From: Eubacteriales bacterium
GTDB taxonomy: Bacteria > Bacillota > Clostridia > Oscillospirales > CAG-272
Reading direction: 5' to 3'
Assembly: GCA_034178705.1 (NCBI GenBank)
Contig: JAXFQY010000104.1
Span: 16,379-80,378, forward strand
Length of the DNA: 64,000 bases
Numbering within the stretch: position 1 is the stretch's first letter; each line of letters starts with the position of its first letter. Made by a program: the position numbers and the translations under genes. The notes below the pieces were generated by a model that was not told the origin of the DNA, ran no database searches, and was given only the letters and a program-made list of their open reading frames with translations. This document shows positions 19,560 through 29,458 of the stretch, in pieces.

Positions 19560-20987
19560 TTATCCGAGCCGGATGGTTTTCCATTTTCCGCTTGCAAAGC
19601 GCAGGGTGGAAGCGACGTAGCGCGTTGCCTGATCGAGAAGGAGCGCAATCCAAGCGCCGATCACACCGAGGCCGAGAGGATAGCAGAGAAGGTAGGAAAG
19701 CGCAGGACGGATGGCTCCGATCGAGCAGAAGGAGATAACCGCTGTATAGCGGGTGTCTCCCGCTCCGCGCAGACACCCGGTATAGATTGTCTGCTCGATC
19801 TGCATCGTGGCAACAATGGCGATAATCTTCATGATTTTGCCTCCGAGCCGGACAATCTCCTCCTCATCGGAAAAGAGAGAGATGAGAAAATCTCCTCCGA
19901 ACCAGAAGAGTGCAGCGACAACAACGGAGATACACAGACCGATTCTGCGCGCGGCTTTGGCATAAAGCTCCGAAAGGTCGGGGCGGTCCGCTCCGAGGTT
20001 CTGCCCGACAAAAGCGGATCCGGCAACGCCCAGTCCGTCCCCGAAGGCAAAGGAGAGAGTGATAATCGTCATGCAAATCTGGTGGGTTGCAAACTCATCC
20101 GTTCCGAGTTGTGCGACGATTTTGGCAAAAAGGAAAAATCCGACACGCATGAAAAGCTGTTCTGCACCCGCCCCGGCAGATACCCGCCCGATCATCGAAA
20201 GGAAGGACCGGTCAAAACGGAACAAGGAGCGGAGCCGCAGCCGCAGATAGCTGTGCTTCCCGGTGACAGAAAGGATTGACCAGAGGCAGGCGGCGATATT
20301 TCCGAGCAGAGTGGCAATGGCGGCGCCCGTAACCTCAAGGCGCGGAAAGCCGAACTTTCCGTTAATCAGAAGATAATTGAAGATAATATTGACTACATTG
20401 GAGATCAGTGAGGTGCGCAGTGCAATCGCGGTATTGGAGCAAGCACGCTGAGCAGCATTGATGGCAAGCCCGAAAGCATTGATGCAGACACCTCCGACTG
20501 TGATCAGAAAATAAATACGCGCATCCTCAAGCAGAACGGCGTTTTCTCCGACCGCACCGGCAAATCGCAGCAACGGTATTGAGACAAGATAGGCAACGAC
20601 AAATGCGAGCACGGAAAGCAAAAGACAGACGGAGAGACCGGTGTGCATCACGCGGTTGGCGCCTTCCCTGTCTCCTTTTCCTTTTTTTCTGCTGACCACG
20701 GCAATAATTCCGGCGTTCAGTGAGAAAAAGATCGCAAAGAAGAGAAGCCGGGGCTGTGTGGTAAGACCGACCGTGCTGATTGCAGCCGAGGAGATACTGC
20801 TGACCATCATGGTGTCAACAAAGCCCGTCAGAGCAGACGCGGCGGATTCCAACATTGAGGGCCATGCCACACGGAAAAAACTCCCGTACAACTCGCCTGA
20901 GCCGGGAAGCTCGCCGAGACGGGCTTCCGGCTTCAGGAGGCAGTCGGGAGAAAAGATACGATGAAAAAGCTTATTGAAGAGTTTCAT
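19560..20987 (-). CDS. MATE-family efflux transporter
   Basis: About 12 TM segments and a MATE-like N-terminus (FFRVAWPSMLESAASALTGFVDTMMVS). Start moved to the Met at 20987 so that it no longer overlaps mreB. Confidence 0.9.
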   Translation of the reverse strand: MKLFNKLFHRIFSPDCLLKPEARLGELPGSGELYGSFFRVAWPSMLESAASALTGFVDTMMVSSISSAAISTVGLTTQPRLLFFAIFFSLNAGIIAVVSRKKGKGDREGANRVMHTGLSVCLLLSVLAFVVAYLVSIPLLRFAGAVGENAVLLEDARIYFLITVGGVCINAFGLAINAAQRACSNTAIALRTSLISNVVNIIFNYLLINGKFGFPRLEVTGAAIATLLGNIAACLWSILSVTGKHSYLRLRLRSLFRFDRSFLSMIGRVSAGAGAEQLFMRVGFFLFAKIVAQLGTDEFATHQICMTIITLSFAFGDGLGVAGSAFVGQNLGADRPDLSELYAKAARRIGLCISVVVAALFWFGGDFLISLFSDEEEIVRLGGKIMKIIAIVATMQIEQTIYTGCLRGAGDTRYTAVISFCSIGAIRPALSYLLCYPLGLGVIGAWIALLLDQATRYVASTLRFASGKWKTIRLG

Positions 20988-20995
20988 GCGCCTGA

Positions 20996-22009
20996 TTACC
21001 TCATCCTCCGGGAAGAACCGCCTGTCGTGTCTCCGAGAAAACGCATTGCCTTTCCGGTTCCGATGGCAACACACTGATCCGGGTTCTGCGGGATGCGCGC
21101 GCGCACGCCGATACAGCTGGAGATAACCTGATCAAATCCGTTCAGAAGGCAGCCGCCTCCTGTCAGAAGAATGCCGTTGCTGACAATGTCCCCGTCAAGC
21201 TCCGGAGGCGTGTTGTCAATAACCTCGGTGATGGCGTCAAGAATCTGATTGACCGGATCGGTCAGCGCCGCTTTGATATCTCCGGGATAAACACGGATTA
21301 CCTTCGGCAGACCGCGGGCGAGGCAACGTCCGGTTACATCCATGAATTTATCGGCGTATTTCGGATTGTCGGGCGTAAGGGTGCCGATCGTGCGCTTCAG
21401 TTCCTCGGCTGTGCGCTCCCCGATCAGAACATTGTGTACATTGCGGATATAGCGCACAATCGCCTCGTCAAATTTATCTCCCGCTACCTTGATTGATTTT
21501 GAGGCAATAACCCCTCCGAGAGAAATGACTGCCACATCGGTCGTACCGCCGCCGATGTCGACAACAAGATTTCCGTTCGGCATGGTGATGTCGATGCCTG
21601 CGCCGATGGCGGCAGCCACCGGTTCCTCGATCAGAAACGTGCGGGTAGAGCCCGCTCCGGTAGCAGCATCCAGCACGGCCTTTTCCTCAACCTCGGTGAT
21701 GTCCCCGGGGATGCAGATGACGATGCGGGGCTTCAGGATTGTTGTACCGATTGCCTTACGAAGAAAATACTGGAGCATCTTCAGGGCAAGCTCATATTGG
21801 CTGATCACGCCGTCCTGAAGCGGCTTGACCACAAGAATATTTGCGGGGGCGCGCCCCTGAAGGCGGCGCGCATCCTCGCCCATACACAAGATATCGCCCG
21901 TGTCCCGCCGAACGGCAACAACCGACGGTTCGCGGAGCGCGATGCCGCGTCCCCCGATGGAGACGAGCACGTTTGAGGTACCAAGATCAATTCCGATATC
22001 TCTGCTCAT
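20996..22009 (-). CDS. mreB: rod-shape-determining actin homologue MreB/Mbl
   Basis: IGIDLGTSNVLV, DIGGGTTDVAVISLGG and LTGGGCLLNG ATPase motifs of the MreB family. No mreC or mreD is adjacent. Confidence 0.95.
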   Translation of the reverse strand: MSRDIGIDLGTSNVLVSIGGRGIALREPSVVAVRRDTGDILCMGEDARRLQGRAPANILVVKPLQDGVISQYELALKMLQYFLRKAIGTTILKPRIVICIPGDITEVEEKAVLDAATGAGSTRTFLIEEPVAAAIGAGIDITMPNGNLVVDIGGGTTDVAVISLGGVIASKSIKVAGDKFDEAIVRYIRNVHNVLIGERTAEELKRTIGTLTPDNPKYADKFMDVTGRCLARGLPKVIRVYPGDIKAALTDPVNQILDAITEVIDNTPPELDGDIVSNGILLTGGGCLLNGFDQVISSCIGVRARIPQNPDQCVAIGTGKAMRFLGDTTGGSSRRMR

Positions 22010-22148
22010 GTCACATCCGTATTATCAGCTGCCAGCGGGCAGCGTTTTTTCTTTTATAAGGTCAACATTAGACCTGTATTTAATTATAGTATATCTGCCG
22101 ATGAAATGCAACACCGAAACGTGATTTCCGATAAGGTTTTTTCACTGT

Positions 22149-24413
22149 CTACCGATTGTCGGAGGCCGCTTCGCGGATGCGGGCGGTAAGCCCGCTGTAA
22201 CGGGTTGTTTCTGTGTCGTTTTCCACCATCCTCCGCACGATATCCGCGTCCCCGACAAGAATCACGTAGGTGCGGGCGCGCGTGAGCGCCGTATAAAGCA
22301 TATTGCGTGTCAGCAGCATCGGTGCACAGGAATAGGCGGGAAGAATCACAATCGGATATTCGCTTCCCTGGCTTTTATGTACGGTGACCGCATAGGCAAG
22401 CTCAAGATTCTCAAAAGCCGCAAGGTCGTAGTCAACCGTGCGATCGTCAAACCGCACCTGCGCACCGCCCGTATGCGGATCAAACCGGATCAGGGTGCCG
22501 ATATCACCGTTGAAAACGCCGAGCCCCTCCCGGGTTCCCGCATGCCAGGTCAGCGAATAGTTGTTTTTCGTCTGCATGACCTTGTCGCCTTCCCGGAACA
22601 GCCTACCGGATATTTCTTTTTCTGCTTTTTGGTCGGTTTTCGGATTCAGCGCTTCTCTCAGAAGAAGGTTCAGGGCCTCCGTGCCTGCTGCGCCGCGCCG
22701 GGAAGGGGAGATAACCTGTACGCCGCTTCTTCCCATTTCTCCGTAGGAAGCCGGCAGGCGCTTTCGGCAAAGCTCTACGATGGTTTCAGCCGTGCTTTGA
22801 GCGGAGGAACGCCTCAGAAAGAAAAAGTCCTCCGTGACACTGGAAAGCTCCGGCATTCTTCCGGCGTTGACCGCGTGTGCGTTCCGGACAATGAGACTTT
22901 CCTCGGCCTGCCGGAAAATTTCGGTAAGCCGGACAGTAGGAAAAACTCCGCTTTCAATGATGTCGTGCAGGATATTGCCCGCTCCGACCGGCGGCAGCTG
23001 ATCGCTGTCCCCGATAAGAACGAGCCGGCATCCCGGTCGAATTGCCCGCAGGAGCGCACTGCAGAGAGAGAGATCCAGCATGCTGGCTTCGTCAATGATG
23101 ATGACCCGCGCGTCAATCGGGGAATTTTCATCTCTTGCAAAAACCGCGCTTCCGTCTTCCCCGGCGTAATCCATTTCCAACAGACGGTGAATGGTTCTCG
23201 CTTCATGGCTTGTTGTTTCCGACATGCGCTTCGCGGCTCTTCCGGTAGGTGCCGCCAGCGCACAGGACAGTCCCATTTCTTCAAAAATTCGGATCAGCGC
23301 ACGGATCACCGTTGTTTTTCCGGTACCGGGACCGCCGGTGATGACGGAAACACCGGAGCTGACCGCACTGCAGATTGCCCGACGCTGAAGCCCTGCGTAG
23401 GATATGCCGCTTTCAGCTTCCACAACCCGGATAAGCCCGTCAAGTTCCTCAACACCGACACGCGCGCAGGCTCGGTCAAGCCGTATAAGACGCTCCGCAA
23501 TTCCGCGCTCTGTGTAAAACAGGGAGGAGAGGTAGATCCGGCGGCTGTCCGGGTCAACCGTAACTTCACCGAGTGAGAGCAGCACCGCCGTTTCCCGGCG
23601 AAGTTCTTCCTCTCCGGTGCCGAGCAGCCGGGAAGCCTGCGCATAAAGCGCGTCGGGCGGGAGGCAGCAATGCCCGCTTTGAGAGGCTGCTGTCTGAAGT
23701 GTGTGCAGAATCCCGCAGCGGATACGGCAGGAGGGATCCCCGTGAAAGCCGATGTGGGCGGCAAGCTTGTCCGCCTTCTCGAATCCGATCCCCTCAAATT
23801 CTGCGGCAATGCGATAAGGGTTTTCCTCGATCAGTCGTGCGGCTGCACTGCCCCATCGCTTATAAATCCGCATAGCAGCGGAGGAAGACAGCGTGTCGCC
23901 GCAAAGCATCAGCATAGCGCGCATGCCGCTGCGTTCTGCAAAGCTCTCCCCGATCTCCTGCGCCTTTTTTGCAGAAATGCCGGGAATTTCCGCAAGCCAC
24001 GCGGGATGATGTTCGATAACCTCAAAGGTATCCGCGCCGAAGCGGCGGACGATCTTGACCGCTGTTTTCGGTCCGATGCCGTGCACCGCTCCGGAGGCAA
24101 GGTAACGGAGCATCGCATCGGTATTCTGCGGCAGCTTGCGTTCATACTCTCTGACGCGAAGCTGCTTTCCGTATTCCCGGTGCTGGATCCATTCCCCCAG
24201 TGCGCAGATTTCTTCTCCTGCTTCAACGTCCGGCATACAACCGACGACGGTTTTTTCTCCCTCAGAGGTTTCCAGATAGAGGACAGAGTATCCGTTATCG
24301 GCGTTTCGGTAGACGACGGAGGAAACTGTCCCGGTTATTTTGGTTTCATTTTTTTGCGGTGTCAGAATGCTCTCCGCCCTCCTTTCCGACAGAAATAACC
24401 GTGTAGCCCGCAT
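22149..24413 (-). CDS. recD2: RecD2-type SF1 ATP-dependent DNA helicase
   Basis: N-terminal OB-like ITGTVSSVVYRNADNGYSVL, HhH region, Walker A ITGGPGTGKTT, motif II IIIDEASMLD, and C-terminal AYAVTVHKSQGSEY. Confidence 0.93.
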   Translation of the reverse strand: MRATRLFLSERRAESILTPQKNETKITGTVSSVVYRNADNGYSVLYLETSEGEKTVVGCMPDVEAGEEICALGEWIQHREYGKQLRVREYERKLPQNTDAMLRYLASGAVHGIGPKTAVKIVRRFGADTFEVIEHHPAWLAEIPGISAKKAQEIGESFAERSGMRAMLMLCGDTLSSSAAMRIYKRWGSAAARLIEENPYRIAAEFEGIGFEKADKLAAHIGFHGDPSCRIRCGILHTLQTAASQSGHCCLPPDALYAQASRLLGTGEEELRRETAVLLSLGEVTVDPDSRRIYLSSLFYTERGIAERLIRLDRACARVGVEELDGLIRVVEAESGISYAGLQRRAICSAVSSGVSVITGGPGTGKTTVIRALIRIFEEMGLSCALAAPTGRAAKRMSETTSHEARTIHRLLEMDYAGEDGSAVFARDENSPIDARVIIIDEASMLDLSLCSALLRAIRPGCRLVLIGDSDQLPPVGAGNILHDIIESGVFPTVRLTEIFRQAEESLIVRNAHAVNAGRMPELSSVTEDFFFLRRSSAQSTAETIVELCRKRLPASYGEMGRSGVQVISPSRRGAAGTEALNLLLREALNPKTDQKAEKEISGRLFREGDKVMQTKNNYSLTWHAGTREGLGVFNGDIGTLIRFDPHTGGAQVRFDDRTVDYDLAAFENLELAYAVTVHKSQGSEYPIVILPAYSCAPMLLTRNMLYTALTRARTYVILVGDADIVRRMVENDTETTRYSGLTARIREAASDNR

Positions 24414-24654
24414 TCCGGACGGCGTTCAGAACCTCCGTTTTTGCCCCTCGGTCAACAGCAGCGGGCATGCCGAGCCCTGCTGCGAAAGCGGTACGGCGGG
24501 CACGGTCGAGCTTTCGGCGCGCTTCTTCCGTACTGCAGGCGGAATCAAGCGGAACGCAGAGTGTTCCGCCTCCGCCCCAGAGCAGAAGCCAGAGCTGAAC
24601 AGCCGCAGAGAACAAACCGTATACGGCGAAAGCACAAAGCATAATTTCAAGCAT
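24346..24654 (-). CDS. small hypothetical membrane protein (102 aa)
   Basis: ATG preceded by GGAGGGGCTT. One N-terminal TM helix. Overlaps the annotated recD2 start by 68 nt. No recognisable family. Confidence 0.5.
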   Translation of the reverse strand: MLEIMLCAFAVYGLFSAAVQLWLLLWGGGGTLCVPLDSACSTEEARRKLDRARRTAFAAGLGMPAAVDRGAKTEVLNAVRNAGYTVISVGKEGGEHSDTAKK

Positions 24655-24713
24655 AAGCCCCTCCGGTTTCAGGGTATGCCGGAACGCTTCCGGTTGTCCC
24701 TGCGGGGCTTTTG

Positions 24714-25883
24714 TCAGCGTTTCAGCTGCTCTGCCAGGTCACGCGCTTCCCACGGCGCGTTCAGATCCTCGCGTCCCATATGCCCATACGCGGAAAGCGC
24801 GCGGTAGATCGGGCGGCGCAGATCAAAGCGGCGGATGATCGCCGCGGGGCGAAGGTCGACAAGCGCTCGGACCCGTTTGGCAATTTCGTCATCCGGAAGC
24901 ATTCCGGTACCGAAGGTATCTACACGGACGGAAAGGGGATTGGCAACGCCGATTGCGTAAGCAATCTGCACCTCGCAGCGACGCGCCAGACCGGCCGCAA
25001 CAATATTTTTGGCAAGATATCGGGCGGCATAGCTTGCGCTGCGATCGACCTTGGTCGGATCCTTACCGGAAAAGGCGCCGCCTCCGTGACGCGCCATACC
25101 GCCGTAGGTATCCACGATAATCTTTCTTCCGGTCAGACCGGTGTCTCCCGCAGGACCGCCGACGACAAAACGCCCGGTCGGGTTGACATATATTTTTGTA
25201 TTTTCATCGATCAGATGCGCGGGAATAATCTTTTGGATGACCTCGCGGTCAATATCCTCCCGGATTTGCTCCTGCGTGACGTCCGGATCGTGCTGTGCGG
25301 AAACGACCAGTGCCTCAATTCGCACAGGAATATCTCCCTCGTATTCCACCGTTACCTGGGTTTTTCCGTCCGGACGAAGGTAGGGAAGCGTTCCGCTCTT
25401 TCTCACCTCATCAAGCTTCTTTGCCATAGCATGGCTGAGGGAAATGGGGAGAGGCATCAGCTCCGGCGTTTCATCGCAAGCATAACCGAACATTAACCCC
25501 TGATCCCCTGCACCGGTGTCAAGTCCGTCGCTGCTCCCTGTTTTCGCCTCCAGGCAGCGGTCAACCCCAAGCGCGATATCGGGAGACTGTCCGTGGATGG
25601 AGTTAATGACGGCGCAGGTATCCGCATCAAACCCGAATTTTGCACGGGTATAGCCGATTTCGCGCACCGCATCGCGTACCACGTTTTCGATATCTACATA
25701 GGCGGAGGTCGTGATTTCCCCCATGACAAAAACGACGCCTGTGGTAGCGAAGCTTTCGCAGGCTACGCGCGCGTCAGGGTCCTCTGCCAGAATTGCGTCG
25801 AGAATGGAGTCACTGACGCGGTCGCACAGCTTATCCGGATGTCCCATCGTGACGGATTCACTCGTGAAAAGCTTTCTTTCCAT
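24714..25883 (-). CDS. metK: S-adenosylmethionine synthetase
   Basis: [28 protein letters not shown] and [16 protein letters not shown] signature motifs. Confidence 0.98.
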   Translation of the reverse strand: MERKLFTSESVTMGHPDKLCDRVSDSILDAILAEDPDARVACESFATTGVVFVMGEITTSAYVDIENVVRDAVREIGYTRAKFGFDADTCAVINSIHGQSPDIALGVDRCLEAKTGSSDGLDTGAGDQGLMFGYACDETPELMPLPISLSHAMAKKLDEVRKSGTLPYLRPDGKTQVTVEYEGDIPVRIEALVVSAQHDPDVTQEQIREDIDREVIQKIIPAHLIDENTKIYVNPTGRFVVGGPAGDTGLTGRKIIVDTYGGMARHGGGAFSGKDPTKVDRSASYAARYLAKNIVAAGLARRCEVQIAYAIGVANPLSVRVDTFGTGMLPDDEIAKRVRALVDLRPAAIIRRFDLRRPIYRALSAYGHMGREDLNAPWEARDLAEQLKR

Positions 25884-25901
25884 TGTTGTTTCCTTTCCGG
25901 C

Positions 25902-26045
25902 GAAAAAACGCTCCCGTTCCCGGGAGCGTCGGTTTTATGGAATAAAACCCATCTCATCTCTCGGGAATTGGCACCTTTCCGACCGTTGTCGGCAGGTTGC
26001 CGGGCTTCATCGGGCCAGTCCCTCCGCCTCTCTTGATAAGATGTA
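25902..26045 (-). promoter_or_regulatory. SAM-I (S-box) riboswitch with terminator, metK leader
   Basis: The reverse complement reads CTTATCAAGAGAGGCGGAGGGACTGGCCCGATGAAGCCCGGCAACC...GGTGCCAATTCC...GAGATGA, matching the S-box core. It is followed by the hairpin CGCTCCCG-GGAA-CGGGAGCG and TTTTTT just before the metK RBS. Confidence 0.93.
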
Positions 26046-26134
26046 TTGATTTCTTATACTTATGGTAGCATATACACAGGGAAAAAGCAAGAGAACTTTT
26101 TGTATTCTTTCCGTATTTTTTGCAGGATGAGCAA

Positions 26135-26605
26135 TTATTTCAGAAAATCCAGAAAGCCGATTACGCCATAACTGATTCCGGTCATAATCAGCCCGGCGGC
26201 AAGTACTCCGAGACAAACGGAAAGCAACGAGTGCTTGATCCGCATTTCCAGGAGCGCGGCAACAAGCGATCCGGTCCATGCCCCGGTCCCGGGAAGCGGG
26301 ATGGCCACAAACAGAAAGAGCCCAAGTGCGGCAAATCGGTTTACCTTTACCGAATTTTTTGCCGCCCGGCGTTCCAGCCAAAAGGCAATTTTATTCAGAT
26401 GCCGGATCCCTTTCATCCATTGCAGAATCGCACGGATGAAAAGAAGAATAAAGGGAACCGGAAGAAAGTTTCCGATGCAGGATACGGCATAGTTCAGATA
26501 CCACGGAAGACCGAGCGCAGCGCCGAGCGGAACGGCGGCGCGGAGTTCAAGAACCGGGATCATGGATGTGAAAAAAACCTTCAGGAGATCAAACCAATCC
26601 GCCAT
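26135..26605 (-). CDS. small multidrug-export-like membrane protein (COG2426 family)
   Basis: 4-TM protein with IPVLELRAAVPLG and AIPLPGTGAWTGSL motifs typical of the family. ATG 26605 follows TGAGGT. Confidence 0.75.
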   Translation of the reverse strand: MADWFDLLKVFFTSMIPVLELRAAVPLGAALGLPWYLNYAVSCIGNFLPVPFILLFIRAILQWMKGIRHLNKIAFWLERRAAKNSVKVNRFAALGLFLFVAIPLPGTGAWTGSLVAALLEMRIKHSLLSVCLGVLAAGLIMTGISYGVIGFLDFLK

Positions 26606-26799
26606 TCTGTACCTCAATACCTATTTTGCCTTAGTCTACCACATTCTTCTCCGGCTGTCAACAGTCCGTCAAGCGATTTTCCCTTACGGAACGTTTGCAA
26701 AAAAGGGAAGAATTTTGTATTTTGCTTTTTTCTTACTGTCTCTTGACAGTTTGTGTGTCGTGTGCTACAAATTATCTATCATCAAAAAGGAGTAAACAA

Positions 26800-27525
26800 A
26801 TGGATAAAAAGTTTCTGGCGGCTCATTATGACCGTTTCTGCTGTACCAATGTCGAATTGATTCACGGCGAGATCCGCGGCATCATTCTTTATTTCAACGG
26901 TCTCGGGCATATTGTCAATCCCGGACCGGATATGATTGACGCACCTGCCGCCGCAGCACGCAATTTGCTCTATATTACCCCTTATTACAATCCGTGGTCA
27001 TGGATGAACCGCGAGACGGTTGCCTTTGTGGATCTGCTTGTCGAGATTGCGATGGAACAGTGGAAGATCCCGACGGATGCTCCCATCGGTCTCTATGGCG
27101 GCAGTATGGGCGGCTACAGTGTGTTTCACTATGCGGCTAAATCAAGGCACAATGTTGTGGCAGGAGATCTCAACTGTCCTGCTTGCAATCTGGAGTATGA
27201 GGTTTACTGCAACAGAAACTCCATTTTGCACACTTATTATGAGTCGTCTATGGCGTACTGTGATGATTTTGATGCCTATGTGCGCGAAAACTCTCCGATC
27301 AATATGATCGGTATATTGAGGAAAATGCCTTACCGCTTCGCCGTCGGACTGAAGGACACCGCTCTTGAGCCCTCTCAGCACTCCTTCAAAATGATTTCTC
27401 TGCTGCGGGAAGCCGGCTTTGAAGTTGACGTTGCCGAATACCCCCTTGCCGGTCACTGCAATATCGGTGCCGACGCGCGTCGCGCCGAGCATGAGTGGCT
27501 GATGTCGAAAATGCTTGGGGAATAA
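26800..27525 (+). CDS. alpha/beta hydrolase (esterase-like), paralogue A
   Basis: ATG 26800 follows AAAGGAG. Nucleophile elbow GGSMGG, acid in GLKDTAL, His in LAGHC. 241 aa. Confidence 0.85.
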   Translation: MDKKFLAAHYDRFCCTNVELIHGEIRGIILYFNGLGHIVNPGPDMIDAPAAAARNLLYITPYYNPWSWMNRETVAFVDLLVEIAMEQWKIPTDAPIGLYGGSMGGYSVFHYAAKSRHNVVAGDLNCPACNLEYEVYCNRNSILHTYYESSMAYCDDFDAYVRENSPINMIGILRKMPYRFAVGLKDTALEPSQHSFKMISLLREAGFEVDVAEYPLAGHCNIGADARRAEHEWLMSKMLGE

Positions 27526-27588
27526 GCTGATTTCAGGAGAAAGGGGAGGCTTTGCGCGCGTTTTCTGCCCGCAAGCAGAATCGGAAAA

Positions 27589-28314
27589 ATGGATAATAAA
27601 TTTTTAGCAGCACATCTGGATTGTTTTTGCTATACAAATATCGACCTGATCCGCGGTGATATCCGTGGGATGATTTTATGCTTTACCGGTCTCGGACATA
27701 TTGCAACCCCGGCTTTTGATATGACCAATGCTCCGGCAGCCGCCGAGAGAAATCTTTTATATATGACTCCCCGTTACAATCCGTGGTCGTGGATGAATCC
27801 GGAGACCGTTTCCTTTGTCGATTCGCTTGTGGAAGCGGCAATGGAAAAATGGAATATTCCGAAGGATGTTCCGATCGGCCTTTACGGACGCAGCATGGGC
27901 GGATACAGTGTGTTCCATTACGCCGTAGAATCCAAGCATAACATTGTCGCGGGTGATCTCAACTGCCCTGCCTGCAATCTTGAATATGAGATTTACTGCA
28001 ACAGAACGCCGATCCTGACCAGTTTCTTTCAGTCAGCAATGGCATATTGCGACGATTTTGATACATATGTGCGGGAGCATTCGCCGCTCAATATGATAGG
28101 AAAACTGAAAAAAATACCCTATCGGTTTGCGGTCGGTATGCAGGATATGCTTCTTGCCCCCGCGCAGCATTCCCTTAAGATGATTCCGCTGATGCGGTCG
28201 GAGGGGTATGAGGTGGAGAAGGTCGAATACCCGGCGGCAGGGCATTGCACTATCGGTGCCGACGGACTTCGCGATGAGCACGAATGGCTGATGTCGAAAA
28301 TACTCGGAAAATAG
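27589..28314 (+). CDS. alpha/beta hydrolase (esterase-like), paralogue B
   Basis: Also 241 aa and collinear with paralogue A, roughly 70 percent identical by eye. Motifs GRSMGG, GMQDMLL and AAGHC. Confidence 0.85.
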   Translation: MDNKFLAAHLDCFCYTNIDLIRGDIRGMILCFTGLGHIATPAFDMTNAPAAAERNLLYMTPRYNPWSWMNPETVSFVDSLVEAAMEKWNIPKDVPIGLYGRSMGGYSVFHYAVESKHNIVAGDLNCPACNLEYEIYCNRTPILTSFFQSAMAYCDDFDTYVREHSPLNMIGKLKKIPYRFAVGMQDMLLAPAQHSLKMIPLMRSEGYEVEKVEYPAAGHCTIGADGLRDEHEWLMSKILGK

Positions 28315-28448
28315 CAAGTCGGGCATGGATGCCGATCGAATGCGGAGAAATTTTTGGTTTTTTATAAGGTTTTATTAAGAATCGTTGAAGCTCCTTGCAA
28401 TTCGCTGCGCTGTTTGCTACAATAGCGGTGTTGCAAAAGGAGACATCG

Positions 28449-29324
28449 ATGAAGAACAACAAAAACAGGAAAAAGCAAACCGGGCTGTTCTGTGTGCTTG
28501 CAGTCCTTTTGGCTTTGATGGCGATCTTTACGGTTCTTGCGCTTGTGTTTCCCGGGCGGATTTATCCCCACCTTCGGGCATTGCTTGCCCATTTTCCTTC
28601 CGGAATGCCCGTTGAAACGCAGATTGAGACAAAGGTTTTTGATCTTGAAGAACTTCGGGCGGACGAACGGGTTACCTTTTCCGATACGCTTCTTCTCGTC
28701 AATGCCGATCATCCGCTGACCTCTGACCGGGAAAACACAGTCATCGCTTACAAGGGCACGGATGTCCGCATGGCACCGGAGCTTGTTTCCGCGTATGCGG
28801 CACTTTCCGGAGAGGTCGAGAAAATCAACGGCAGAAAGCTGTATATTTCCAGTGCTTTCCGAACTGCGGAGGAACAGCAGGAGGCTATCGACGAGGAGGG
28901 AGACATTGCTGCACGTCTCGGGGAAAGCGAGCATCAAGCTGGGTTGGCGCTTGACGTCTATATCAAGTATTTCGGAGGCTCCGCCTTTTTGAAGACGAAA
29001 GAGGGGCGATGGGTGAATTCCCATTGCAGCGAATACGGCTTTATTATCCGCTATCCATACGGAAAAAGCGAGATAACCGGAATCTCCTATGAGCCGTGGC
29101 ACCTCCGATATCTCGGAGAGCCGCATGCGGAGATTGTGGAAAAGAATTATATAACTTTGGAAGAGTACATTGACTTTCTGAAAGAAGGGAAGTTCTATAT
29201 CTGGGAGGATACCATCATTACCCGGCAGGCAGGGGACAGCCCTGTACTGCCTGCCCTTTTCCTTTTTCTGCATGTATCGGAGGACAACACCGGTCATCGG
29301 ATTTACACGGCAAAGCTTCCCTAA
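28449..29324 (+). CDS. VanY-type D-Ala-D-Ala carboxypeptidase (peptidase M15B), membrane anchored
   Basis: N-terminal TM. SAFRTAEEQ, SEHQAGLALDV and EPWHLRY zinc-site motifs. ATG 28449 follows AAAGGAG. A TTGCAA-17-TACAAT promoter lies at 28395-28423. Confidence 0.88.
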   Translation: MKNNKNRKKQTGLFCVLAVLLALMAIFTVLALVFPGRIYPHLRALLAHFPSGMPVETQIETKVFDLEELRADERVTFSDTLLLVNADHPLTSDRENTVIAYKGTDVRMAPELVSAYAALSGEVEKINGRKLYISSAFRTAEEQQEAIDEEGDIAARLGESEHQAGLALDVYIKYFGGSAFLKTKEGRWVNSHCSEYGFIIRYPYGKSEITGISYEPWHLRYLGEPHAEIVEKNYITLEEYIDFLKEGKFYIWEDTIITRQAGDSPVLPALFLFLHVSEDNTGHRIYTAKLP

Positions 29325-29360
29325 GACGGTGTTCTCCTTTTTCCACCGTAACAAAAATCA

Positions 29361-29402
29361 TTTCCCGCAGGAATCGAGAAAAACGCCGTTTCCTGCGGGA
29401 AA
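29361..29402. terminator. bidirectional terminator between vanY-like and parB-like genes
   Basis: 12-bp stem TTTCCCGCAGGA / TCCTGCGGGAAA. A T-run follows on the minus strand (TGATTTTTGTT). Confidence 0.7.
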
Positions 29403-29458
29403 TTCATTTTGTTATAAATACCCCCTTTGGAAGGCTCCCCTTTGGGGTCCGGAGACTT

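Larger units (their letters stand above)
26800..28314 (+). repeat. tandem gene duplication (two collinear 726-nt hydrolase genes, 63-nt spacer)
   Basis: The protein sequences align end to end without gaps, for example NPWSWMN, MGGYSVFHYA, VAGDLNCPACNLEYE, MAYCDDFD and EHEWLMSK. Confidence 0.9.

Noticed and set aside
26606-26799. Looked for a guanidine (ykkC) riboswitch upstream of the small multidrug-export-like gene
   Set aside because: The leader after the TTGACA-17-TAGACT promoter is only about 30 nt, and no conserved ykkC elements are present.
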